Shown: in pieces, positions 41,833-53,640 of the stretch
Layout: the number at the start of each line of letters is the position of its first letter
How positions within the stretch are numbered: position 1 is the stretch's first letter
From: Eledone cirrhosa
Taxonomy: Eukaryota
Reading direction: 5' to 3'
DNA length: 64,000 nucleotides
Assembly: GCA_964016885.1 (NCBI GenBank)
Contig: OZ024747.1
Span: 66,588,001 to 66,652,000, forward strand
Notes under the pieces: model-generated
The model's database searches: none
The model's input: the letters and a program-made list of their open reading frames with translations, nothing else
Told to the model about the DNA's origin: nothing
Made by a program: the position numbers and the translations under genes

Positions 41833-42357
41833 CTATATATTTCCAGGGGTACTTAGTACATGTGGGGATATTAATCTTTTATATTTACTCCGTTATGTTG
41901 AGAACAAATGTGTTGTTTTATTTAGCTGCTATTTTTAGTGGCGTGATAGACAACACGTCTATGTTTCCTTCTGCTTCTACTAAGGGCTGGTTCATGCATA
42001 GATCAACTTTACGGCCTCATTCGATCCTGTGCTAGCTGGCAGGTGGCAATATATTTTGCCGTTCTTGGGATTTCTGTCCTAGGAAAGGAAAATGCTGTCT
42101 GATGATCCGAACATTTCCATTGGAGATCCCTAGGATCTCCAATCTTTTGTCAGGTGAAACCGTCGGTAAAAGCAAATGGATTAGGTAAATATTTAAATTA
42201 TATTTTTATTTATTTTGAGAAATTGTTTAAATTTTACTTGCTCCGCTTATCACAATTTTTAGTTTTGGTATGTCAAATTAATACCATAGAACAGCACTGT
42301 ATCATAGACACCCTATATATTTCCAGGGGTACTTAGTACCTGTGGGGATATTAATCT
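41833..42357 (+). mobile_element. ORF-less unit with 45-bp terminal direct repeats, embedded in (TA)n, carrying a hammerhead
   Basis: 41833-41877 and 42313-42357 differ at 1 base; 480-bp period; TA-rich runs on both sides. Confidence 0.7.
42093..42174 (+). ncRNA. Type I hammerhead ribozyme motif
   Basis: TGCTGT-[CTGATGA]-long stem II (ATTGGAGATCC/GGATCTCCAAT)-GAAA-CCGTCGG-TA-AAAGCA; predicted cut after 42168; one mismatch in stem I. Confidence 0.72.
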
Positions 42358-42358
42358 C

Positions 42359-42413
<55 letters not shown>

Positions 42414-42536
42414 ATGCTTTGGGAGGGTCATGTTGCCAATAAGAAACACACGCACAGGTTGCTTTCACTCCAATTTATTATAAATTAAATTTATAAATTT
42501 AAGAATTTATAAATTTCCGGTTGGTTGGTTGGTTGG

Positions 42537-42579
<43 letters not shown>

Positions 42580-42800
42580 GATATTTAAAGCTAGGATGTG
42601 GTGTATTCCAGATTAGCGAAGATATTTCAGAGGTAAATCCAGTTAGTAAATCCAGTCATCTTAGATTTATAATCACAGAGCATATACAAAAGACATAGAT
42701 CTCAAAGTTTCAACAACTAATACATTAATACATGTGTGTGTACAGTAGCACCAAATGCTCGAGACCGTATATTTAGAATATTAGTAAGAATAATGATAAT

Positions 42801-43013
42801 GGTTTCTTATGACACAAGGCCAGCAATTTTGGGAGAGGGAAAGTCGATTAAATCGAGCCAGTGCGTGACTGGTACTTTATTTTATCAACCCGTCAGGATG
42901 AAAGGCAAAGTAAACTTCGGCGGTATTTGAAATCAGATCATAAAGAGTCGTAGCTCTATGCAGCAAAGCATGGCGCCCGACTCTCTACCGATACTGCCAA
43001 TCCACCGCCCTAT
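42801..43013 (-). mobile_element. SINE family A, long form with TSD
   Basis: 16-bp TSD TAAGAATAATGATAAT at 42785-42800 and 43014-43029. Confidence 0.92.
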
Positions 43014-43084
43014 TAAGAATAATGATAATAGTAATAAATATGGTAGATGTAATCGAGCAGACGACAATTGTTAGAAGTATGTGT

Positions 43085-43305
43085 GTCCCATCTGATAAGG
43101 AAATCACTACACTCTGTCCAGACATAATAACCAAGAACTGGTTACATGCACACTATCAGACATCGCAATCCATTCTGACCAAAATATTATCTGAAAAGGA
43201 GTGGAGAGCATTGTCAAAATAAAAGGTTCGTGAAATCAAAATATACAGGATGTGGGACTTGAAGGTAAAAACAGTCTCGATGATAAATAGATCACTTGTG
43301 ATTCA
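43085..43305 (+). mobile_element. Highly decayed Dong-like REL endonuclease fragment
   Basis: Translates DKEITTLCPDII and REIKIYRMWDLKVKTV, echoing DRKIDANRPDII and LEIEIGKMWKLRTKTI. Confidence 0.5.
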
Positions 43306-44311
43306 AACTATAAATAGGAATTCACAATGTTCGTCACATGTATGAAAATACACTCTTGACAGGTGTAATGTGTCCGAATAGGGAAGAGCCGAACTCCCAC
43401 CGTTATCGACCTCATCTCTCTCGTCCTCCCCGTCTCTCTGAACAGTGAGCAAATGGGGACCCACGTGCTGGCCGCCCCACAGTCCCGGCCGACAAAAGGG
43501 AGAAGGCGTTTCCCTGGAGAATGGTAAAACAAAAAAAAAACAAAAAAAATAAATAAATAAACTGAACAAAACCTTAGTAGTGACACCAGCGCCGACAATG
43601 TTATTTTCTGTCCTGAAATTATTTCATCACCCTATAAAATAACACAATTCATATTTCTCATATACTACACAATAGAAAAACCATTAACATAACATGGAAA
43701 ACTGCAAACTAAATGCCATAACAAATCAAAATTGTGAGAGTAAACTAATACGGATCTATATCATCTTGATAAAATATAAACGAAAAGAGAAAGAGTAACA
43801 CAGTAATGCAGGGATAATGCACATAGCTAGAGAAGAATAAAATGATAGCAGTAAAGTATGATTACATTTTGCGTAAATATACACACAAAAACATATCTGT
43901 ATGAGCTTCTTTCTTTAGATGCGCACGCGTATATGCACGTGTATAAGCGTGTGTCACACTTATACCCTCTTAGAAATATATAGACCCAAATTGTCGCCAA
44001 GCAACAATAGAGAATTTGACAATACACTAATGGCGGCTTCAACTAGAAACAAGTCAGGTTAGTAAATACAACATATGATTGGTTTGTTAATTCCAGAGAT
44101 AGCATCTGAAAGCTTTGTTAATTCTAATGACATGAATATATTTTATTTAATTTCCTCTGTGGTACAACAGAGAGATATATAACATGTGCAGCTGTCATAT
44201 TCGTCTAGAGGAATAATTTCAACTTCTTGCCAAATACATTTACACTCAACTATCTCTATCACTCCTCTTCTCCCACCTTTATATATATATGTCTATTATG
44301 TATATATATAT

Positions 44312-44436
44312 ACCAACCAAACAGTGAGTGTGTTCTGTTATTAATTCTGGCAATATTACACAAATATGACCCTCCCCAAGTATAACAATATTTGTTTCGA
44401 CACACGATTTCATATAAAAAACCTCGCTAAACTAAT
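44312..44436. repeat. ~125-bp direct repeat (second copy at 46010-46135)
   Basis: Near-identical ACCAACCAAACAGTGAGTG...CCTCGC.AAACTAAT. Confidence 0.92.
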
Positions 44437-44445
44437 TCATCGCCG

Positions 44446-44490
<45 letters not shown>

Positions 44491-44492
44491 TA

Positions 44493-44568
44493 ACAGATTA
44501 AAGTTTAAGCAAAGAATCGGTGCTTTCACCCTTAACGGGATCTTCTGAAACTAAAAAAATAAATCTGT
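44493..44568 (-). ncRNA. Second copy of the CAGAAGA-core hammerhead-like motif
   Basis: Minus strand ACAGATT..AGTTT-[CAGAAGA]-tCCC-GTTAA-GGGt-GAAA-GCA-loop-TGC-TT-AAACT..AATCTGT; island between two (TA)n runs. Confidence 0.62.
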
Positions 44569-44836
44569 GAACGCAGAAGTAAATATTTCGAAAAACATTG
44601 CAACCGAAGGAAGACGGGAAGACGATATATATATATATATATATATATATTAGTAAAAGGAAAAGAAAATGCTGAGAAATTGTTCCCAGTGAAAAATAGT
44701 TTAATTAGGAATAAGTAAAAATTAGTAATAATTATTGGTTAGTATTCAGTTTTAGTCTTAAGTTTTTACCGGTTGCGCATTTCTAATGCTTTTCAAAAAT
44801 AATCTTGAGATAGAACGCCTGTGATGTTTGCTCTAA

Positions 44837-44878
<42 letters not shown>

Positions 44879-44935
44879 ATACGAAGGAGCCATGGAAAAG
44901 TATAAGACCCTCATAGAACTGGACATGAAAGGAAT

Positions 44936-45595
44936 TTGCTCCCATTATACAGGAGCAAATCATGGAATAGCTTAGATAGGGCTAGACATAAGATAGGGAA
45001 AGCCACCTCATGGTACGACAACCAGAGATACCAGAGTGTCATGTTTGTGGACGCCACCCCTGGAGGGAAATTAGCTAACCAGTGTAGAAAGGCCCTGAGA
45101 AAGACCCACTTAAAAATAAAGGTGGTAGAAAAGCCAGGAACCACCATAAAATCCCTGATCAGCAAAACCTACCCTTTTAAGAAAACCCACTGTACCAATA
45201 GGAAATGTATAATATGTAAGGTGAACCCCCGGATAAACTGTAAAACTAGAAACGTAGTCTATAGCATAAGATGTACAGAGGGTACTTGCAGAAACATGAC
45301 AACAACATACATAGGTGAGACAGCTCGTAGCATAGGTGAAAGGATAGACCAACACTGGGGGGAACTAAAAGGACGAAAAAACGGGTCAGTACTATACGAA
45401 CATGCTAGACAACAACATGACGGTAACATAGACAACATAGAAATTAGAATAATATCTAAACATAGAAATGACCCAGCAGATAGGCAAATCAGAGAGGACA
45501 GTGAAATAGAAATTAGAAGACCAAAGCTAAACAGAAAGAATGAATGGAATAACAACAACACCCAAACAAACAACACTGACCTAAGAGAAGTATAA
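44936..45595 (+). pseudogene. C-terminal linker and GIY-YIG endonuclease of a Penelope-like element (RT missing)
   Basis: CTNRKCIIC knuckle, NVVYSIRC...C...YIGETARS..ERI..H, LYEH, R.IRE..EI...P.LN; the listed start is TTG next to a frameshift. Confidence 0.85.
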
Positions 45596-45839
45596 ATAAG
45601 TAAATAAAATAAGAGAAATAAATAAATAAATGAATACATACACAAGCACAATAACAACAAGCACATAAACACACACTAGTCACCCATCACACAACAAACA
45701 TAACACTATACACACACGCAAACGCATGCGCAAAGAAAACAAAATAAAATAAACAAACAAGCAAATAAATAAATAAATAAATATATAGACAGACTGAATA
45801 AAAATGGCGTAGACATACAACACAAGAGGAGGAAAATAT

Positions 45840-45902
45840 AACACCACTGACGATGTTGCAGATGTGCAACGAAAGATTTATGATAAACTATATATATGTG
45901 TT
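45840..45902 (+). ncRNA. Hammerhead motif in Penelope 3' UTR/pLTR
   Basis: CTGACGA-t-GTTGCA-GATG-TGCAAC-GAAA-GaTTTATgATAAAC-TA; stem I imperfect (AACAC/GTGTT displaced by TA units). Confidence 0.65.
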
Positions 45903-46133
45903 TGTGTCTATATTGTATCTGTATTATTTTTTGACCGTCGGTCAGTCAATGGCAACATTGAGGACCGAGTAAGTTAGATTGCAGATATAAAAGACAGCGA
46001 GAAGCGAAAACCAACCAAACAGTGAGTGTGTTCTGTTATTAATTCTGGCAATATTACACAAATATGACCCTCCCCAAGTATAACAATATTTGTTTCGACA
46101 CACGATTTCATATAAAAAAACCTCGCAAAACTA

Positions 46134-46164
<31 letters not shown>

Positions 46165-46376
46165 AGTGTACGTGAATATATATGTGCATATGCATGTGTA
46201 TATTTATATGTATATATATATGTGGATATATATGTGGATATATATGTATATATGTTTATTAAAATAACAGATTAAAGTTTAAGCAAAGTATATATATATA
46301 TATATGTGTGTATATATATGTATATATGTATATATATGTATATATGTATATGTATATATATATATACATATATATA

Positions 46377-46453
<77 letters not shown>

Positions 46454-46490
46454 TTATATCTGTATATGTATAATGTGTGTGTATATATGT

Positions 46491-47050
46491 ACTGGCAGGC
46501 GGAGCTGTCCAAGATGGAAGCAGAGCGACAAAACCGCTCATCCATTGCCCGGGTATTGCTGACTTAAGGAACAACTACTGTCATGTGTAGGGCGGATCCA
46601 GCCATCAGTCGACACCATCGTGAGGATTTCCTCGCAACCTTCTCTTGACAGGAAAGGAGAGGCAATTTTCCCCTGGCTGTGTCGAAAGAAGTTGTGTGGT
46701 GGATGCGGCTAAAAGGACTGAAGGCAGGCACTTTCCTCTTCGGCCAAGCCCTCGCCGCCTTTTTCAAATTTCACTTGGAAATAAAGGTTAGAAGGTGAGC
46801 GGGGAGCGGGTGTGCTGCCCCAATATATTTTTAAAGGGTGAGTTAAGTTAGTGAAGATGGCCCGGGTGAATGACCTTACTCTGACAATGCACCAGTAGGC
46901 TAGAGTGTTTCGGGAGGAGAGGAGCACTTTCTTATGGTGTTCCTGGAGATTAGGGTGATTTAAGATCAGTGGTGTCCCTAAGTTACGCCTGGTTGGTGTT
47001 CCCCCTATTGGAGATTTGTTACTGTTATAAATTCATTGTTTAATGTTATG
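46491..47050 (+). mobile_element. Decayed 3' fragment of Tx1-like LINE
   Basis: Translates [11 protein letters not shown]..., SKEVVWWMRLKGLKAGTFLFGQALAAFFKFHL; homologous to the 61019 ORF. Confidence 0.75.
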
Positions 47051-47192
47051 TTTTATTTCTTTACATATTTTCAACTTTTTTGTAAATCTCCAATGTCCTT
47101 ACCTTTTGTATTGTTCCACATGTTTCAGTGGTGGTTTATGTCATTGGTTTTGGCGTTGCCATTGTTGTTGCATTATTTGTTCTTTCTGTGGA

Positions 47193-47574
47193 TTAGCGAT
47201 GGATTGGAGTATCGGTAGAGGGTCGGACGCCATGCTTTGATGCAAAGAGTTACGGCCCATGCCATTCTGAGTTCAAATCTCGCCGAGGTTAACTTTGCCT
47301 TTCATCCTTACGGGGTCGATAAAATAAAGTACCAGTAATGCACTAGGTAATTGCTGGCCTTGTGCCAAAAGTAGAAACAATCATTTGTTCTTGCTGAATT
47401 GGCGGTGAATTGGCAGTATCAGTAGAGGGTCAGACATGCTTTCCAGCATAGTTACGCCCCTTTACGATCTGAGTTCAAATCCCGCTGAGGTTAAACTTTG
47501 CTTTTCATCCTTATGAAATAAAGTACCAGTAATGCACTGATATAATTGCTGGTCTTGTGCCAAAAGTAGAAACT
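47193..47574 (+). mobile_element. Two head-to-tail SINE family A copies
   Basis: Copies at ~47193-47379 and ~47399-47574, separated and flanked by a repeated ~17-bp target. Confidence 0.88.
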
Positions 47575-48313
47575 ATTATTTGTTTTGTCTGATGTTAATG
47601 CCGTCGTTGTTGTTCGTCTTCGTCACTAACTTCAGCATAAAAAATATTATGATAGAAATTCGAAGAAATATCTTATTAACTGGATTGGAGGTTTCTCTCT
47701 TCTTCTTCCTCAACCACCTTTCGTTTCCATGTTCAATGTAAAATGTTATTAGGTCAATTAGTAATACGACATTTCTTTGCTGTTCGAAAAGACCCTTCAC
47801 ACACCTCTCCATCGTAAATTACTTCATATATTGACATATAAAAGTAGACACTCACTTGTTCATATACTGACATAGTATGAAATCTCGGTTTCTGTCTTCG
47901 TATAAATTTTGATGTCTATATTATATTAGTGAAGTCATGTAGGATGGAAAATCGTATTTATTTTTTGATTGGCAGAATGGTGAAGAAGCTCAACTCGCAG
48001 TTATGTGGTCCTATTTTCGATTCGTCTGCTTGACATCGTGTTCAAGTGTCATTTATCATAAAATTGGGACAACCGAAGCATTGTGAGAGAATTTTGATAG
48101 TAGGAAACTACAAAGAACCGTCAGATGGATTGTATCTGTAATGCCAAAGGATGGTCTTGTCACACACTGTCACGGTGAAGATCACTGAGAATTACTTTTA
48201 GGGTGCACTTGTACATTAATGTTTCCAAGGTTTATCAAAGCAATGTGCTTTTGATAAGACAGTAGCGTTCACGAAACATTCGACATAAATAGTTACCATT
48301 AAAATCGTCTGTG

Positions 48314-48345
<32 letters not shown>

Positions 48346-48414
48346 TTATGTATGTATGTATGTATGTATGTATGTATGTATGTATGTATGTATGTATGTA
48401 TGTATGTATGTATG

Positions 48415-49027
48415 TCCAAAGTCACCCTCCTCACCAAGAAACCTTGGTAGGGTTGCCAGTTTAGTCGCCAACGACCCGACCATGAGACAGGTTGTACTGG
48501 GATACATGTTACCAGTAGCACCAAGTGGTGACCTGCAGGACTAAAAACAAAACCTGTCAAAGGACAAAGGAGCTCTTAAGAGTCAATGGCCATCCAAAAT
48601 CACTGGGAGAGATGACCCCTTAGCCTTTGTCAAGGCAGAATTCTAGGAGAAGGAAAACTCTGATATAACACCTGCAACCCTGATGGTATCCAATGATGTT
48701 GACTTGTTCTTCTTTTTGGTAAATATCATCTTGGTTAAGAGAGTGAGACTGGCTTTGTGCAGTGCCTTTGCTCACTATAAAAGCTTCACGGCACAGGCAT
48801 TGCTTTATATCTGGAGATCTCTCTGCACTTGTCGTCACATGGTACCATGGGCCCAGCACTATGTGTCAATAATTGTCACAAGTGTAGTGTTTGTATCAGA
48901 GTTTTCAAGTCGCTGGCTGGACTAAAAAGTCACACTCGTTCAGCGCATCGGTAGGGGTTCTCCTGCATGGATATAAAGTAGTGGCCGTACTCGAAAGCGA
49001 GTTGGCAGCCACCATGTATGTATGTAT
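48415..49027 (+). mobile_element. Short internally deleted RTE-clade element in (TATG)n
   Basis: RTE-type 5' UTR motif CTAGGAGAAGGAAAACTCTGA (~48643); C-terminal C2H2 finger CSVCIRVFKSLAGLKSHTRSAHR* (48883-48954); (ATGT)n tail; (ATGT)n upstream. Confidence 0.65.
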
Positions 49028-49549
49028 AGACCTGTAACTCATGGTAGAATCAAAGGGGTCTAATAGTGTCATACAGCGTGTTTGGGGCATTTTAAACCTA
49101 TTGAGCCCATTGCATTTCCAAGTCTGATCACGGCTAATTTCTTCCAGATAATAAAAAGGAGAGATATATTGTGTGTGAGAGAGAGAAATTGGGAAGAATC
49201 GATCCCCGAAATTCACTAGGACGTTTTTAGAGAGGGAGGGAGTAGAAAGAAAGAAAATAAGTGAAAATAAGATCTGAAGAAAGAAGATAGGAAAAGAAAG
49301 AAACTGTAAGGAGAGAGGGCGTATCGAGATGTTTGAGCTTTTCTGGCAGGGAATAGGTTTTGTATTATTTAGTAAAACAACTTGAATCACTTACTATAGG
49401 TATCTATGACAGGATTTGAAAATAAGAAAGAAACGGTATTGTTAATTCTTTAGATGCTATGCTTCTACACTAAACTTGTCATTTGAAGTTAAGAATTCTA
49501 TTCGTGTCTTTGTGGGCTGCTCAAAAATGTTCCTGCCTGTTGTAAATTG

Positions 49550-50130
49550 TTTTTGATGGGATACTTTAATGCCAGCCTTCTTTTGCTATTACTTTGTACA
49601 TAATTTAATTTTCTAACAGTCAAACCATTTGAAGACAAGCTGGAAACACCCAAGACCTTGTCACAATAATTTAATTGATTATATAATTACAAGTCAGACC
49701 AGCCGGCATGATGTAAATCTCTCTCGCCCTCTTTCAATAAGAAAAATATAGCCTGATCACTCGTTCGTTGTCACATAAAGAAGAAAATTCAAAAGCCCAT
49801 TCTAACGCAACGAATTATTCCACGTAGAAAAATAATTGTCAGCAGGTTGAAAAATGAAAGTATCGCACAGTCCTTAAGTGACTCTTTTGAAGCAATGTCA
49901 ACTCCAATTATTATAAAGGATTTTGAGGCTTCGTGAACTAGTCTGAGAGACGCACACTTTGAGACAGCCAAAGAAACAGTAGCTTATGTCCATCTTAAGC
50001 ACCAGAACTGATTTTATTCAAATGATTCACAAATCTAATCACTTCTTGGGGACATGCATAAACGTCACCGTTCTTGGATGCCTGATAAGAACTCAACGTC
50101 TAAATATAAAAATTTTAAACAAGCATAAAA
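49550..50130 (+). mobile_element. Decayed RTE-BovB-like fragment (end of AP endonuclease plus linker)
   Basis: Manual translation: KTSWKHPR..HNNLIDYII, DH, RRKIIVSRLK, KHQN*FYSND. Confidence 0.7.
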
Positions 50131-50519
50131 CCATACTCTGACCAAACCTGTTGAAATAAAACAAAATTAATGAAATGAAACAATAAAAGCCCTCTAAGAA
50201 GCAGCTGATTTGAAATCATTTTATCAGAAGAAATGGTTCATTTTTAGTCCTTACTATAGAGAACGAATTATTAACCGACAAGTGTGACATATCTCAAAGA
50301 TGGGCTGAACACTTCTCACTAGAGATTCAAACGTTAATATGGATATTTCTAACAATATTTCGCAGCAGCCTGTATTGTAATATCTATCAAACAATTCTGT
50401 CCAACTCCAAGACCTCGGGTTATAATAGCATGACAACTGCAGCATAAAAGACGCGCGTCAAACTCTGGTGAAAAAACTCTTTGAGTTCTTAACATGTATA
50501 TGGAACTGAGGTTATATAT

Positions 50520-50860
50520 ATATGGTAAAGACCCCCTTAGGTCACACATGACCAAGGGATTTGCAGCTAGAAAGTTCTCCCTCCAAAGCATAAGTCCGAG
50601 CAAGTTTGATTGTGGAAGACCAACAGTTGCTCATGCAACCTCTCCTATCCACGCCACCGATGTTGTTCGTGGGAAAGGCAATGGCCGATACAGCTTGGCA
50701 CTAATGACGTCGCAACTCATTTCTACAGCTGAGTAAAATGGAGCAATGCGTAATAAGGTATCTTTCTCAAGGACACAACACCTTAGCCGATCCGAGAATC
50801 GAACTCACAACCTCCAGATTGCAAACCAAATGCTGTCACTATTAAGCCATATACCTTCAC
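50520..50860 (-). mobile_element. tRNA-head SINE (family C)
   Basis: Minus strand ATGGCTTAATAGTG..GAGTTCGATTC..TGTGTCCTTGAGAAAGATAC..TACTCAGCTGTAGAAATGAGT. Confidence 0.65.
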
Positions 50861-51013
50861 ACACACACACATACACACACACTCACACTCACTCAGACAC
50901 ACACATCCATCTATCTATCTATCTATTTATCTATCTATCCATCTATCTATCTATCTATCTATATATATATATATAGATAGATATATAGATATATATATAC
51001 ATATATATATACA

Positions 51014-51149
<136 letters not shown>

Positions 51150-52048
51150 TGTTGTGTATATATATGTTGTATGTGTACCTTATTCAAGTAATCTACAAAC
51201 TATAATGAAATTGCAATATCAAATATACAATGCATGAATGATATGTAAATATGTGTCTATATCTGTACATATGTCATTCAGTGAGATGTGTGTGTGTGGG
51301 GTGGGGGTGGGGGGCTGTTTGTACATGCGTTGAGTCGGGTGGAGAATGTGCATCTGAATGTTGATTTTGATTCCTAATTAATTTTCATTTTCATTATACT
51401 TTTCTTCCTGCAATATCATTTTCTTCGTTCGTATCAACTTCCTATGCACGAAGACTACGCATTAGAATACATTATGTCACATTTGCTTTAAGCACTTTAA
51501 CACAATTGAATTAGTATAACAGCAAGAACCATTGAAATGTAACAAATTAACGCACATCCATTTTTGTCAATGATTCTTATTCCGAGAAACAATGAAATCA
51601 AACGTAACATAACTTCATTCCCATTGCAAACATGTTTACATATGTTTAGTAATATCGACTATTTTGTTGTGTCCGTTTTGTCTTGTTTCTATATTTTTAA
51701 TATATTGTTAAATTCTAGGATTTAAACATTGATATAATTAATAAATATTTTAGTATAATTACGACCACCTGCTGGGTTTAACATTGTTAAAATAGCGACG
51801 ACTTCTATTTTTGCATCGTTCTCTGTGGTTTTATGTAATATTATCGTGTTGTCTTGTATTGTGTGTAATATTGGAAACAAAACAAATATTAAATACTTTT
51901 GTTGCATTTCACTTATATCATATGTAGTAAATTAACAGAAGTCTTGGGGTATCAAATGAAATGACTTACGCTAATATATCCAACGATCTCAGTTCAAATC
52001 CTGTAGAAGGCAATTTTGCTGTTCATCCACCCGCCAGATTGGTTAGAA

Positions 52049-52800
52049 CAGGTATGGGGCAAACTGCGGCCCAATTAACTTTCTGAATGTTATGCTTAGA
52101 ACGGCTCACTCAATGTCTGCCGGGGTGTATTGGAAACGCTTATGTCTGCCAACATATATCAGAGTCTCAATTTAAATGTGCAGCTTGTATTTTAAAAGAA
52201 TCTAGTATTAACGATAAAAAATTGATTAGGATTTTCCAACTTGCTTCGCTAAAATAATTAAGATACGTTCGAAAGATGGGAATTAAAGTTGAAATCTTAA
52301 TTGGAACTAAATCTATAATTATTCTCTCTATGCAGCAAGTATCGACGCCATATAAATTTCACAGCTTGAATTCAGAGTTGACACAATGCCTTTGAAAGAG
52401 GTGAAAGACAGAAATTTTCCTTCACAAATGCAAAAAGTATATTACTTCAACATTAATATGTTTCACCGCATCTTCCACACTAACCCCGGGGGTAGCACAT
52501 ATGCAATTCTTTTAACCGGAAGGACGTAGCAACTTCAGCATCTATTTGATGTTTTCAAAGAGAATATCTCATATCGAAATATACACGAAAAATAAAGATA
52601 TTGGCAGAATACTTTTGAATGCATATATTCCTAATGGATATATTTCTATGTATTTAAATTTACTAAAAAATAAGACCAAACTTGTATAAAGTGACATTGA
52701 TAATATTAAAGTTCATTGGTAATATTTTTTTAACGTCCATGAAATCAACAATTGAGCTGGACATATATTGCAAATTTTGTAAAAATTATTTACAAAATAT
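52049..52800 (+). mobile_element. Possible hAT (Charlie-like) DNA transposon relic
   Basis: CAGGTATGGGGCAAACTGCGGCC resembles a Charlie terminus; no partner TIR or clear ORF found. Confidence 0.3.
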
Positions 52801-53329
52801 ACAATTCAAGTTCAGACAATATATTATTTCACAGTAGTGAATATTTCCAATCTTCTGTAATATAGTACGTTATACTTCCTTTAGAAACGGTGAAACAAAT
52901 GATTTCTAAAATTGACAATTAGTTAGCAAAGATAGAATTAACGTTTATAATTGTATTAATATATCCTGTTGATCATCAGTAGTTTGTCCTCCGGTATATC
53001 TTCTTGTGTGGTATCATTAATAAGAACGTAGGTTCCACAAGTTGATGTAATTGTTATTGTGTTCTTGTTATTGAGCCTCCTCCTGAGAGGGCGCTGGGGA
53101 CCAGTGAATGCTTTACTCGTTAGAGAGCTGGACAAAATGCTTTAGGCTATTGAGTTACTCCATTTTACATTGTTATTTCAAAAGACGATGATTAAATAAG
53201 TACCAGTTATATACTGGAGTCGATTGAGGTCATTAGTTCATTTTCTCAAAAGAATTTGTTCCATATTGAGAAATCTATAAATGCGTAATACCAGATGATA
53301 TTTTGCTCTGCAATTCTTCATTCGATTAA

Positions 53330-53640
53330 TTCTGCGGCTTTCATCAACAGTGACGCCGGGTCGCACGTTTCTCTGAATTCAATTCCATTGTGTGACATTT
53401 TGAGAAAGTGTCATTTACCATAGTCACGAAACGAGTCAAATTGGGTAGATAAAAGAGTTTGGAAACCCATCGAATGGAATCTACCTCTAATTTAAAACGC
53501 GAGCCTTGCTACACACTGCCACACTGCATCTCCCTAATGTGATGTTCAGCCACTTACACGTCAAGTTCGCGAGCAGGGTGTTTTATTGATCAAACAATTG
53601 GAAAACACATTGTCGAAACTGATAGATGTCTATTCCAGTC
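53330..53640 (+). mobile_element. SINE family B, diverged
   Basis: Shared body TTCAGCCACTTACACGTCAAGTTCGCGAGCAGG...CAATTGGAA. Confidence 0.6.

Larger units (their letters stand above)
44876..46135 (+). mobile_element. 5'-truncated Penelope-like retroelement between (TA)n tracts
   Basis: GIY-YIG ORF, A/C-rich 3' UTR and hammerhead; ends in the 125-bp repeat. Confidence 0.8.

Noticed and set aside
43310-43610. GC-richer stretch resembling an LTR or primer-binding region
   Set aside because: No second LTR, clear PBS or coding motif
44936-45595. Selenocysteine recoding as reported for some Naiad elements
   Set aside because: No in-frame TGA in this ORF
48883-48954. C2H2 zinc finger as a host gene exon
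   Set aside because: A single finger ending in a stop, followed by a short UTR and repeat tail; typical RTE C-terminus
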